DNA from: Cirrosporium novae-zelandiae
Taxonomy: Eukaryota
Direction: 5' to 3'
Length of the DNA: 64,000 nucleotides
Assembly: GCA_026023565.1 (NCBI GenBank)
Contig: JAPETS010000037.1
Coordinates: 124,001 to 188,000, forward strand
The translations under genes and the position numbers were made by a program. The notes under the pieces are model-generated. The model was not told the DNA's origin. It saw nothing but the letters and a program-made list of their open reading frames with translations, and did not search any database. Below are positions 19,725 through 31,477 of this stretch, in pieces (position 1 is the first letter of the stretch; every line of letters starts with the position of its first letter).

Positions 19725-22191
19725 CTACACAACCTCAACCCTCATCCTCTTTGCATATCTTGAACATAAACTTCCAACCTTATCCCAAGGACGATCGGTG
19801 CAAATCCCAATCCTTTCAAACGTCCTGAGCAGAACATCATTCCTGTTATCGGTATCTGAGGGTTTGAGCACAAGTGCCTTATAGTCGGTGCTTCGCTCGG
19901 GAATGGTTTCTCGGATGAAGCTGCCAATGAAAAGACAGTGGAGGGTTTCCCCTTCGAGACTTGAGAGAGGTGCAACGTCGTATGAGAGGGCCTGCCATTC
20001 AATGAGAATGTAATCGTCTGGGACCTCGGGATCGAAGAGGAGGATGGGAAGGGGTGGTGAACGTGAATGTGAACGGGCTAGAGAAGAGGGGGAACTGTTT
20101 CTTGATTGCGGACTGGAGTAATCCTCCCATTCTGAAAGATTATTGCTTACTGATTCTGGGTGATTCTCATCTATTGGTCCTGAGCCTGACTCCGAGCTGG
20201 TTTCCAAGAAATAGCTGTCGTCTGAGTTTGGATCTTCGTCGTCTCCCGATTCCCAGTTGTGCCCTGGCACATTGCAAAACTGAGTGGCCACTGCCGAGCA
20301 GGCTGCCCCTTCTAAGATAATACTTCCACCCGATATTTCGCCAAACGGATTCTCTCCCACAGTAGAACATGCCACAGAAATAATCGAAAGACGAGGGTCT
20401 TGTCTGTAGATTACAGAATGGTCCCATTCTACCAGTTTGAGCTTGAATTCAACCTCATATTTCAAGTCACTATCAAAATCCCCGCCCCAGATCAGAGATG
20501 CCCATGACCAAGAAGGCGGACAGGGCTTCGAATGCCTATGGCGTGTGCCGCCATGATATACCCCAGCACCTCCGGGCTCCCACAGAAGATCACGGGCCAA
20601 GTCGCCTTTCCACAAACCTGCTAAGTATTTGTCCGAAACAGGGAATCGCGCCGAAAACATACTGGCGAGACCAGAAAGTGCGGGAAGTCTATCCGTCTCA
20701 TACGTCAGGTCCAATTTCGTGTAGTCCTCAACGATTTTCCTCCACAGCCCGTGTATTTCGAGATTATTTTTCAGTTTGGAGAGATTGGCGATTTCGTCTT
20801 TTGAGGCGCTCCACCCGTCGCCACCAGGGGGGCTGCCATCTAGAATCTTGCACTCGCATAGTAGCTTAGCTTTACAACTCCAGACCATCTCATTAGAATG
20901 CAGATGGACTGTCCGGGATGAAAGGGTGCGTTCCTGATAGACCCATGCCCGTTGAAGTAAGGGTGCCGTTTCTTTGTGAAGGCCGATCCATCGAGCAGTC
21001 AACATGGCTTCATGAGAGGATTCGAGTGCCAACCGTACATACATCCTTTGACTTTCGTCATCGCTAGGCACTTTGAAAGATTTCACCTTGCATTTTCTAA
21101 TCCGCGGCTTACTCTCGTCGCCTTCACTATCTCCCGTGCCATCTGATTCTGCCAGTCAAATGAATTTCGTGAGGTCCACCTGCGGCCCAGACAGCCTTTG
21201 CCCCACTTGAGGAACGTGTTGTGGCAATGTTCAAGTAAGACCCTGTGTAAACATCAGCCATAACTGCAGATTGTTGCTCCCAGTCTAATGTATCCTGCTG
21301 AACGATGCATAATGAATCAATCCATATGTATGGTACCCCAAGTCCTCGTGTGATCTGTATAGCATCTTGGAATGTTTTCGGAAGCTCTTCCCACCGTATC
21401 CCTTTCTTCCGTTCATCGATTGTAGCCCTAGTTGTGGTGAGAAGCTGCTCCTTGCCCCAGCAGTGACTCAAGGCAATGTGTTGACCAGCCTTGCCACCAG
21501 TTTCAACCAAGACGACCTTGCTGTGCGATACATCCAATACGCGCTTTGGTAAAGGCTGATTTCGTGGTGTACTTGATCGACAGACTTGATGATTTTCATT
21601 GCAGTCGACCAACCACGGCCTGATAATATCAGCACACGTCTCCCCGCCCGGTTCAGTGGGAACTTCGCCAGCTATGCCAATGGCAGGCCATGGCGCAGGA
21701 GGGCCTATATTGGCAAATCAGTCATAAATTGTACTCTTTAACCACTGGACGAGGACAGGCGAACCAGCGAGAAGTGTAAAGAGCTCAACCTCAAACTCTT
21801 CGTCATCCTGGCTGTCAAGAGCGCATCGCAATACAATACGCAAGCTCTGACTACCACTCTGGTGTTCATTTGGGTCGCAAATGGCTATCCGATACTTCAC
21901 CGGAGATGCCGGCAGCTCTGGCACCTCAACTAGTCCGCCCCTTTGTATTAAGGTATCAATAGCATTTCGAAGAACAGAGCAAGTTTGACAGCCGCGGTTT
22001 ACAGATCTTTCTAGAGCCGAGGACTTGATCCAGTAACGAGCCACCTGTCCAATCGAACATATATCTGGGTCTTTATGTGGCTTCGGGATCGCATTAAGAT
22101 CGAGATCGTAGCAAAATTTGCAGGAGACCGCGGTGAAGGGCGATTTGTATCGTCGATGCCCTCTTCGTTTAAAAGAGGCTCTAAGTTTCAT
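19725..22191 (-). CDS. HET-domain (heterokaryon incompatibility) protein, reading frame disrupted at about 21150-21200 (possible pseudogene)
   Basis: N-terminal 'GCQTCSVL', then intron about 21765-21705 and 'PWLVDCNENHQVC...LPKRVLDV'. HET motifs 'ALSHCWG', 'LPKTFQDAI', 'YIWIDSLCIVQ', 'MADVY...YLNIA', then 'RAWVYQERTLSSR', 'DRLPALSGLA', 'PSWSWAS'. Confidence 0.85.
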
Positions 22192-22858
22192 GACCTGTAA
22201 GAAATTCTGGCATATCAGGACCATTTCAAGACCCTTGATAGACTAGATGCTGTCTAAATTATATATAAATCTCTTATAATTCAAAGATTTTTAGTAGGTA
22301 AGTCCTGTTGGTACTGTAAGCTGGCGGGGTTTAACATGGCGAGTTGTGCTAAGATACACCAAGAGACCATTCATTGGGTGAATGATTAGTTTTGCTTCAC
22401 TAAAAGAGGTTTGTGCAGCTCAGCCCCATCATGGACCCCACTGAATGGTTAGGCTGAATATCGAGTGAATATTGAAAAGTATTTATAGCAAGTATCTATT
22501 GTTGTTGTTGCTGCTGCATGTTGCCTCCTTGTCGGAGAGGAAGGGAGTTCAGATACGAGTCTTATATTTGAACAAGATTTTTTTTTCATCTCCCTTTTAG
22601 ATTGCGACTAGGATGGCGTGCAATTCAGTATGAAAAGGGTCAAAGTAGTTGGGTAGGTATTCGATGTAGTAAGTAAGGACCGCCTTATGGACATATTTCA
22701 TGCATCATAAACGTGAATATCGCAGTATTCTTCATGCTCATGTTCATACATAAATAACGCTATCACTATGCAGGCATTCTCAAAAATCAATCATTCCGGA
22801 TTCCCTTCACAGATGGACGGGTGGATGGATGGGTGGGTGAATTTAGGGTAACATATAA

Positions 22859-24154
22859 CTAGCTTCCCCTTCCCCTGAAATCAGCCGCCTCCACCGTCTC
22901 CGACAAGGGACTTACCCGACTATCCCTTAGAGATAATTTTAATCTACTTTTTCTTCGATCGCTAACGCTGCTACCCCTCCGGTTCCGTTCCCCGAATCCA
23001 GGCCGGCCGCCGTCTTCCCCACCATCAACAGCACTAGGCGTAGTGCTCCGTGACGAATTCCGCGAATGCGATTCTGTTCGATTGCTGGCGGTGCTATGCC
23101 TCTTCATGCCACCCTCGCGATAGCTATCTCGATCTCGATCCCTATGCCGATGCAAGCTCAGGCGATCGATATTTTGGGAAGATCGTTTGCTGGATGTGCC
23201 GCCAGAACCTATTGGCTTAATATGACTTCGAGTTGAACTTCGGCGTCCGGTCCGCCAGAACCATCCACTCTGGGCTTTTGCTCTTTGTTTCTCCCGGGCT
23301 TTCATTCTTCGAAGCAGGTGCGTCCGTCGCTCGTTTTCTTTTTCCCAGTATTCCGTTCTGTATAATTCCCAGTTTTCGCGGAATTCGGCCGAGAAGGGTT
23401 TGGGGAGAAGGAGAAGCTTGATGTGATCGCCTCCAGGTGCCAGGTCCTCTTCTATGAGGTCATCTTCGGGGTCCCCTGAGGAGGCGGTGGAATGGCGATT
23501 GGAGTGATGGCCCGAGAGGCGCTTTTCGGATGCGGAGATAGGTGGCGGTTCGATGTAGTGGTATGCGGACCCATCAGACGAGGAGAGGAAGGGAAACAGG
23601 AAGGAAAGGTGTGACAAGAGTTCCTTGTACCAAGGACCTTTAATCACCACCACTTTTGCGTTCATAGTTCGTAAACCTCGATTTGTTACCCCGAGCCACC
23701 GCCGTGGCCATCGGATTCCACGTTCCCATTGTCCAGTCCCCCATATTAGTATTGCAGTAAATACTCCAGCCATCAATGCAACCTTTTCCGTCATTTCAAC
23801 GACCCAGTATACCGAGCCACCCAGGCCACGACCATCTTCACGAGGACGAAGGAAAAGCGCATATGTGAAGTAGACAACCCATGCGAGGAGAAGTAAAAGG
23901 AAGAAGGTATATTGCCGCCGTCGAGCACGTAGCACGAGGTACTGAGAGCGCAGGGACGTTTCCAGGATGAGGAGATTTAGGTAAATTTGCGGGGGAGAGG
24001 AGGGAAGAGTTGAGAGTGGGTCCACAACAGAACCCCGAGACGAGCGTTTGGAATCAGAAAGGGGCTCTTTTGGAGGAAGGACAGAAGATATTGTTATATC
24101 TGGTGGAGGAGCACCCTTTACGAGCCGGTCGAGGGAGGAGGTAGACATATTCAT
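22859..24154 (-). CDS. SPO7: Spo7, regulatory subunit of the Nem1-Spo7 phosphatase
   Basis: 'PPQIYLNLLILETSLRSQY', two TM segments, 'NRGLRTMN', 'KLLLLPKPFSAEFRENWELYRTEYW'. Start placed at MNMSTSS. Confidence 0.85.
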   Translation of the reverse strand: MNMSTSSLDRLVKGAPPPDITISSVLPPKEPLSDSKRSSRGSVVDPLSTLPSSPPQIYLNLLILETSLRSQYLVLRARRRQYTFFLLLLLAWVVYFTYALFLRPREDGRGLGGSVYWVVEMTEKVALMAGVFTAILIWGTGQWERGIRWPRRWLGVTNRGLRTMNAKVVVIKGPWYKELLSHLSFLFPFLSSSDGSAYHYIEPPPISASEKRLSGHHSNRHSTASSGDPEDDLIEEDLAPGGDHIKLLLLPKPFSAEFRENWELYRTEYWEKENERRTHLLRRMKAREKQRAKAQSGWFWRTGRRSSTRSHIKPIGSGGTSSKRSSQNIDRLSLHRHRDRDRDSYREGGMKRHSTASNRTESHSRNSSRSTTPSAVDGGEDGGRPGFGERNRRGSSVSDRRKSRLKLSLRDSRVSPLSETVEAADFRGRGS

Positions 24155-24917
24155 GGAGGTGGGGGTTAGTGGGAAGATAGTTTGCGGTGTGAGGATATAC
24201 CATTCCGAGATCATTAGGTTACAAAGGGGGGGAACATGATATTCAATTAGGCTTTGAGAGATTACACCTCTTTCTGACATGATTATTCTAACTATTTACT
24301 ATTTATTTACTATTTATTGACTATCATAGATCATAATGGCCAGAAGTCGTGTCGGGAGGTGGATGGCTTTAATTACATATGGTTAGCCTTGAATTGTAAT
24401 AATTCCCTAGGGTACATAGGTTTCGGATAGTTCGTTGTCAGCAAAAAATCCAAAAATGATTTGATTTGGTAGAGAACTTGGCGGATCGGAGTTAACGTTC
24501 GTCCGTATCTCGTCCGTAATCCCGCAATCCGCAATCCGCAATGGCTGTCGTGGGGCCATCACCATGGCTGTACAAAGTACCACAGTATACTCTCTTAGCT
24601 ACTTCGTTATTTCGGTGCCTGGATCCCCCCCCCCCCATGACGTTTGCTTTGATTCGGTCATCTAATGAACCTATTTTCGTATCAATGAATCAATTCAACT
24701 TATGTCCACGAGCACTCCTTTCCCTTATCACTATAAAGTCTTGTCACCTTCCCAGGCTCTCTCTTTCACGTTGCCCAATCTGTCATCCTCAATTGTCTTG
24801 AACCTGCCCTTGCAGGTCTCTAATTCTTTGACTACCTTTGCCACCACCCGTATATCCCTTCTCCCCATATATACTTTAACCCCCTTTAGATTAGACTTCT
24901 CGAGACTTAATTCCACC

Positions 24918-26498
24918 ATGTCCACCACCACAGCTCCCGGTGACGAGGAGAGATTCCGTTCCAAGACACAGCAAAGTCCGATAGCCACCAAGAGAGCTCA
25001 ATCACAAGCAAATGACCGTCTTCCAAAACCGCCAAATTCAAACTATTTTCCATTAGGATACAAAGAAGGGTTCTGTCAATGGGTAAGATTGTTACTAAGT
25101 CTACCGCGCTAGATCAAGAGTCTAATATCTCCTTAGTGGGCCAATATTCCCTCAGCCGTCGCAGAACATCGTGTTCTTTCCTTCATCCCACATCTGCGCA
25201 AACCTCCCACACAGCTTCAAACTGGCTCTGCCCCTCCCTCTGCCTCAGCTTCCCAGACATCAATAGTCGAATCCAATCCTTCGGCTTCAGAATCTGAAAC
25301 TACAAACACTCTTAACGATCCATATGGTCCCCGCCTCTGGCATTCGGATCTCGTTCGGCTAAGCGGGAAGAATCGTGCTCTCAATGAATTTAGCGTGGAG
25401 AGACTAAATGATGGTGTTGAAAACAACCTTGTTATGCTTCATGGCTACGGCGCAGGACTCGGATTCTTCTACAAGAATTTCGAAGGCTTGAGCCGTGCTC
25501 CCGGTTGGCGCATCTACGCGCTAGATATGCTAGGAATGGGACGAAGTAGCCGACCACCCTTCAAAATTCACGCAAAGGGCCACCAAGAGAAGATTACAGA
25601 GGCAGAGAACTGGTTCATAGATGCACTAGAGGAATGGCGCATCAAGAAGAAAATCAATCGCTTTACGTTACTAGGACACAGCATGGGTGGTTACATGGCT
25701 GTCGCTTACGCACTCAAATACCCCGGCCATCTCAAAAAACTGATTTTGGCCTCTCCGGTTGGGATACCAGAGGATCCGTACGCTGTCAGTGCTGAAATGC
25801 CTGATCCCGAAGACTCGACCATGGCCAACGAATTCACCCAAGATCAGGACGAGGCGGTAAGATCCAATGTCTCGTCTGGCACATCGACCCCTACGAAACC
25901 AGGTCCTCAAGTACCCCGTCGACCTCTTCCTAAATGGGTTACCTATCTCTGGGACGCGAACATCAGTCCTTTCTCCATCGTCCGCTGGGCTGGTCCCTTG
26001 GGTCCCCGATTCGTCTCTGGCTGGACATCTAGACGATTCTCACATCTTCCAGCCCCCGAGGCGCAAGCTCTGCACGATTACTCATATAGTTTATTCAAGC
26101 AAAGGGGAAGTGGAGAGTATGCATTGGCGTATATCTTGGCCCCAGGAGCATTTGCACGAAGTCCGTTAATCAGACGCATAGAGAACGTTGGCCGACAGAT
26201 CATCAAGCCTGCTGAACAGAATGGAGGCGTGGAGGTCCGCGAGAAAGGAATTCCGGTGATGATGATGTATGGCGAAAACGACTGGATGGATGTTGCAGGC
26301 GGATATGCGGCGGAAGAGAAATTCAGGGTCGAGAAGCAGAAATGGACCGAGAAGAACGGAGAGGAAGAGGGCGGGGAGGCCAAGGTCGTTATTATCAAAA
26401 AGGCCGGCCATCATGTCTATTTGGACGGGTGGGAAGAATTTAATGAGATTATGTTGCAGGAGATGGCGAAGACTTCAGCAAAGGATAAGGATTGTTGA
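24918..26498 (+). CDS. Alpha/beta hydrolase of the ABHD4/ABHD5 (CGI-58) / yeast Cld1-Ict1 family
   Basis: Exon 1 from ATG 24918, intron about 25083-25137. Motifs 'LHGYGAGLGFF', 'DMLGMGRSSRP', nucleophile 'GHSMGGY', 'YGENDWMD', and HX4D in 'GHHVYLD'. Confidence 0.9.
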
Positions 26499-26736
26499 TC
26501 GAGGATGGTGCATTGTTGGGTTTTAAATGCATAAAGATAAATGCCGTGGTTGTCATGGTCATTGGTGTATGATTAAAATAGAAGATTATATTTAGACACA
26601 AAAATTCGAATATGTACATACTTTACATTTATTCATGTCAGTCAAGGCAGGCCCTTTTTTATCCCATCACACATACATAGTACTGTCATGACCATCATCT
26701 AGCACACGCACAAAAAAAGTTCTAGCATCCTCGAAT

Positions 26737-28080
26737 TCACTCCCCAAAAACAAAACTCGTCCAATTCCTCATCAATTGTTTCCTTCCCATCTCTTCTTCC
26801 CACCCCCTAACCTCGCAAACCCTCTTCACCACCTCCTCTAGGAACCCATCCATCTCCTCGCCCGCTTTGTGTAGGTCGCTTTCGATCAGGATACGATCGT
26901 CAGGGAGAGCTTTGATGACAGCGAGGCACCGGGATTGCGAGGACGTGGTGTCGCGTGTGGGGACTGCCTCGGAAGAGTTGGAGTTGGAGTTGGAGTTAGG
27001 GTCTGAAGTAGGTGGAAGTGGCGTGGGGAAGTTTATGCATTCTGAAAAGGACATGTAGATTTTGCTGGGGACACGAGGGGAGAGGTATAGGGAAAGGGTA
27101 TCCGGGGGCCCAGAGTAGGAGTGGAGGCATATCCGTGGCGGAGGAGTTGGCTTCTTTTCTTGGTGATGGTTATAACTATTGTTCGAATTTTCTAATGATG
27201 ATGATGATGACGACAACGACTGTTCTTGTTTTCTCTGTTTCTTTTTTTGTCGACTTGATTGAGGGGTCTGTTCCCATCCTTCGGAGAGGGCTTGCATTAC
27301 GATTCCGTGGGCTTGCACTCCGTGTACGCTTACAGCCCTTCCCATGACCCCTGCCAGCTCCAACTGCGCTCGCAGTATTCGTTTTTGATGGTCTATGTTT
27401 ACGCGGAATTTGGATAAAGGTCTACCGTTGCGAGAACCTGGAGTTACGTCTTCATTATGAGATGGTATTAGATGGGACGTAGGTAATGCGGGGAGCGGAA
27501 GCCGGAATGACCGATCTAGACCAATCTCGCCCACTAGAGCTGTGGGGAAGTGGGTCAGATGGGCACGGGTGCGGGCGAGAAGTGTGGAGAGGGGGATGGG
27601 GGTTGGGAGGGAGGAGATAAAGGTAGAGTCTTCGGGTTTGGAGGGAGATGGGGGTGGCGTAAGAACGGAGGTGTAGTGAGCTTCGTTCTGGGGTATGGTG
27701 GGTGCTTGAGCGGAGTCGGTATCGTCTGGGTTAGCTAATGAAGATTGCGATGTGTCGTCGTAAATGAGATGCGAGAACCACGGGTGCCACCCAAATGCTG
27801 GGACGACCTTGCCTGGTGTCGTTCTTGTTTCGGTCTCGCTTGATTCCTTTCTATCTTTCCTTTCGCAGTTTTTTTCTTCATTGCTCTGCTCGTTTTTGAG
27901 AGATTCTAGAGTGCAGCCTCCAAGCTTATCAGTTGTCTCTGCGACAAGTGTTTGATCTTCTGCTCTTGTTGCCATGATGATGAGGGCACGGGCGCGCATT
28001 GATTTTATCGAGGCCAGGGAAGATGGCGTGTCTGTAGGATGGCAGTGAGCGTCAAACAGCGGAGTTGGGTGGTAAGCCAT
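26737..28080 (-). CDS. Scn1-like TatD-family metallo-hydrolase (Cut9-interacting protein-like)
   Basis: 'FDAHCHPTD', 'AFGWHPWF', 'VGEIGLD', 'VSVHGVQAHG', 'CLHSYSG', 'ILIESD', with low-complexity inserts. Confidence 0.85.
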   Translation of the reverse strand: MAYHPTPLFDAHCHPTDTPSSLASIKSMRARALIIMATRAEDQTLVAETTDKLGGCTLESLKNEQSNEEKNCERKDRKESSETETRTTPGKVVPAFGWHPWFSHLIYDDTSQSSLANPDDTDSAQAPTIPQNEAHYTSVLTPPPSPSKPEDSTFISSLPTPIPLSTLLARTRAHLTHFPTALVGEIGLDRSFRLPLPALPTSHLIPSHNEDVTPGSRNGRPLSKFRVNIDHQKRILRAQLELAGVMGRAVSVHGVQAHGIVMQALSEGWEQTPQSSRQKKKQRKQEQSLSSSSSSLENSNNSYNHHQEKKPTPPPRICLHSYSGPPDTLSLYLSPRVPSKIYMSFSECINFPTPLPPTSDPNSNSNSNSSEAVPTRDTTSSQSRCLAVIKALPDDRILIESDLHKAGEEMDGFLEEVVKRVCEVRGWEEEMGRKQLMRNWTSFVFGE

Positions 28081-28421
28081 TTTAAAAAGAGTTGATGAAT
28101 GAGAAGAATATATAATACAATTGAAAATAGGCAAAGTTTACTATTTACAACTTGTCCATGGAGGTTAGGTGAAATTCCCCTGTCATATTTGTGTATGATG
28201 GAACTCTCAGCCTTGTCAACCCTTGTCCTATCGATAAGCCCTAGAATTAGTGTTACTTTCGTCTTCCGGATGGTTCTCAAGTAGACTATCTCTTTGACCA
28301 ATATCAATCAATCCATCGGCCATCTATCTTCATCATGTGCAAATAACGAACAGTCAGATACCTTTCTCATTAATAGGCGACCTCGTTCTAGGGTTCCTCT
28401 AATGTTCACCACTTATTCGCA

Positions 28422-29198
28422 ATGGCAGTTCCAGTCTTCCTAAATACTCTGACATTACTTGTTTCCTTTCCCCTCATTCCTTTCGCTATCCTTACAACCT
28501 CCATCTCCTTCTTCCTACTTTCCCTCCGGGCCCTCCTCGTCTATGTCGAACTCTTTGCCGCTCTTATGGTCTCCATAATCACTCCGTCTTCAGTCTTCAC
28601 CCCCCCATTAAGCGCGAAGCCACCAACTCCACAACAAAATTCAAGTCAGCCCCGGAGTAGCGACCGGAAGGGGAGTGTGAGCAGAACCAGAAGAAGATTG
28701 AGTATACCAAATACATCACCAACGAAAGGATTTGGGAGCATTACGCCACCAGCACTTCGAGATTTTGAGACTGTAGGTGGATGGCGAGACATCTATCCCA
28801 CTACTTCATCCCTGACGAAGACTGTTTCCATGCATAATCCATATAGTCTATACAACTATGGCTACCAGTACCACCATCACCACTCCAACCCCAATAATCC
28901 TCCCCTTCTTACGGATACGCGTCCTGTTACCTCGCCTCCGTCCCTTGTTTCGAGTCAAGACAGCAACACGAGTAAAGAAGGTGCTCTAGGTGTTGATGGG
29001 GAGGAGGAAGACGATGATACTAGATGGTTGAGCCTCAATAAGAGATTAGAATTGCCGAGCGCAAGTGTGGCAAGTCCACCAGTGAAGAAACATCATCGAA
29101 GGAGTCTCACGGCTAGTACGGCAGCCATGGCTCTGAGGAAAGCCCGAGAGAGCAGTAGGGACAAGGAAGGAGATGGATATTTTCCCACGGAGAAATAG
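28422..29198 (+). CDS. Conserved hypothetical fungal protein with N-terminal hydrophobic hairpin
   Basis: 258-aa ORF with two hydrophobic stretches and motifs 'RDFETVGGWR' and 'WLSLNKRLELP'. Confidence 0.65.
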   Translation: MAVPVFLNTLTLLVSFPLIPFAILTTSISFFLLSLRALLVYVELFAALMVSIITPSSVFTPPLSAKPPTPQQNSSQPRSSDRKGSVSRTRRRLSIPNTSPTKGFGSITPPALRDFETVGGWRDIYPTTSSLTKTVSMHNPYSLYNYGYQYHHHHSNPNNPPLLTDTRPVTSPPSLVSSQDSNTSKEGALGVDGEEEDDDTRWLSLNKRLELPSASVASPPVKKHHRRSLTASTAAMALRKARESSRDKEGDGYFPTEK

Positions 29199-30012
29199 GA
29201 AGATAATGGCATGTATAAACCAAGCAAATAAAATAGCACGGAGGAAGGGAAAATGGATTAGGCATGGATATGGAATTGGACAATCAGAAATGGTATTTAT
29301 GGGAAGGATGTAAAAAGGGGAACAAAATTGGATGAGAAACAAAACGAAACCGGAGTCATGCAGTTATGAAGTACATGAATATGAATTTGAAGATTCGCAT
29401 CAACTAACTTATTTACTAACTAACAACCCTGTTGACTTTGACACCGTTAAATCCTACATCCTGCATGGTGATCATTGTAGGGCTGGGGGCTACTATATCG
29501 GCCGAAAGATTAGTTACTTAAGAGATCTCTGAACTTCATATGACAAGACCTCGGCTCCCCTGGCGTGCCTGAGGCTGGTCATCCGAGTCCAACGACCTTC
29601 CCACGCTTCCCAACGACAATACCACACGGTTATCCAAATTCAAATGCTCATAAAATATTCCAAATCATATCCGATTCAAGAGTGTTGATTACGTCGGTAT
29701 TTGCCCTAAATTAATCGCCATAATATAAAGGATAATACTCTCGACAACGCTCGAAAATCGATAATGAAGGGATCAAAACAGTGAAGCCGTTGTTGGCCCT
29801 TCTTCCTTGGTTATTGACTTAACTTATTCTATTCACCCCAACGTTGCATACGCTGCCCTAGACTTGTTCATTCAATCTTATTTGCCACAACACCAAGCTT
29901 CCAAAAAGAATGATACATGAATAACAATTAAATCTACTACGTTAACCCTTGAGGTAAAGCTCCCTTCCCCTCCGTCATTTCGAACTTCTACTTCTAACAC
30001 GAAAAAAAAGCC

Positions 30013-31029
30013 ATGACTCCAATCCCTATCACCGCTCCAGTTCGAGAAGGGGGGTCAAATTTGCCACATGTCCCGACTCAATCATGGAATTACAAAATCC
30101 CTGATCCTCCAACTATTACCGTTCTTCCCCCGAAGGACCCAAATACTAGACACACAGGAGAAGTTGCAATCAATAAAAAGTTCGAGTTCACCAATATCAA
30201 TGAGGAATTTGGTCGTACCGACTTTGTAGCGGGTGTTGATCTCGACGCCTTCTGGTCGCAATTCGAATTTACATGGTGGGAATATAGCAAACGCAGGGAA
30301 GCTCAAATGATACTCCCTTTCCTTTGGATTGGGCCGTACAATGCTGCTCGAAACCAGGATTTCCTTAAAAACGAAGGCATCACTCTTCTCCTTGGAGTTC
30401 GACATGTTTCTTCTGCAACCTCTAGACTCTTAGACACTACTAACCTTGCTTCACAACTCGGCATCGAGGCTTTGTTAATGGATATTAGCTCCAATCCGGA
30501 GTTGATCTCAAATTTAACTCCAGCTATTAAGCACATAAATTCACACCTATCGAAAGTCTATCGTTCAGCACATCATAAGTCATATGGTTCATCGGGCAAT
30601 GAGAATACACGTACCTTGGGAAAGGTTCTTATCTATTGCGAATCCGGCAATGAAGGGTCAGCAACAGTAGCCACGGCATATTTGATGGCAATGCTTAATA
30701 TGGAGCTTATACAAGCTATTAACTTTGTCATGTCTCAACGCATGTCAGCTACTTTCGACCCTGACACGAAAAATCTCCTGCTAGCTTTTCAAGATATTCT
30801 TGATGCGAAGCGTGCCATTATTGCTCCAACCCCTCGTGGAACTACACCGGAATCGTTGAATCAGGACAAATCTGCGCTTAATGTCGAAGGAAAGGGGAGG
30901 GGGAAAAGGGTGTTTGGCGATAGTCTCGACACCGAAGATGTTGATATGATGGAAGTCGCTGATGGCATCCCGCAAGCAGACGACGAAAGGTTTCTAAATC
31001 GTCCGGGCCAACAACCTTTTCTAGATTAA
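30013..31029 (+). CDS. Dual-specificity phosphatase-fold protein (probably catalytically impaired)
   Basis: 'WEYSKRREAQMILPFLWIGP' and 'GKVLIYCESGNEGSATVATAYLM' give a DSP fold, but the CX5R loop has Gly in place of Arg. Confidence 0.8.
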   Translation: MTPIPITAPVREGGSNLPHVPTQSWNYKIPDPPTITVLPPKDPNTRHTGEVAINKKFEFTNINEEFGRTDFVAGVDLDAFWSQFEFTWWEYSKRREAQMILPFLWIGPYNAARNQDFLKNEGITLLLGVRHVSSATSRLLDTTNLASQLGIEALLMDISSNPELISNLTPAIKHINSHLSKVYRSAHHKSYGSSGNENTRTLGKVLIYCESGNEGSATVATAYLMAMLNMELIQAINFVMSQRMSATFDPDTKNLLLAFQDILDAKRAIIAPTPRGTTPESLNQDKSALNVEGKGRGKRVFGDSLDTEDVDMMEVADGIPQADDERFLNRPGQQPFLD

Positions 31030-31477
31030 GAGGTTCTTAGTATTCCCATTAATACCGAGCTCGGAAGTATATGAGAGTTATTTTATGATACCCAATAGCG
31101 TTCTACAGAGGCTCGAGAGAGTTATGTCATTGTAGTTTACTTAAGTAAGTAAAACTCATTTTATTCACCTAATAATCAGTTGCTCTTTCTTAAACCATCA
31201 CAAACCCATACCAATAAATACCGTCTAGATCAAGCATAAAATAGAATCCTGACCCAAATTTAGTAGCTATTAGCACCTACCAAATCACCTCGCTCTCACC
31301 TCGCGCTACATCTAAATACACGCAACTCCCAAACAATATTCCACTATTCTACATATTCACTGTTCACATCTCAACATCTCATAACCTCACCTTCTATTAA
31401 AATGTAAACTTTCTCAATACCTATTTAGCTTGACAGTACTACTGGATCACGCTGAGGACGCCTAATATCTGCCCCAG

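Noticed and set aside
4400..22400. Starship or other giant mobile element
   Set aside because: No DUF3435 tyrosine recombinase, transposase or boundary repeats could be identified.
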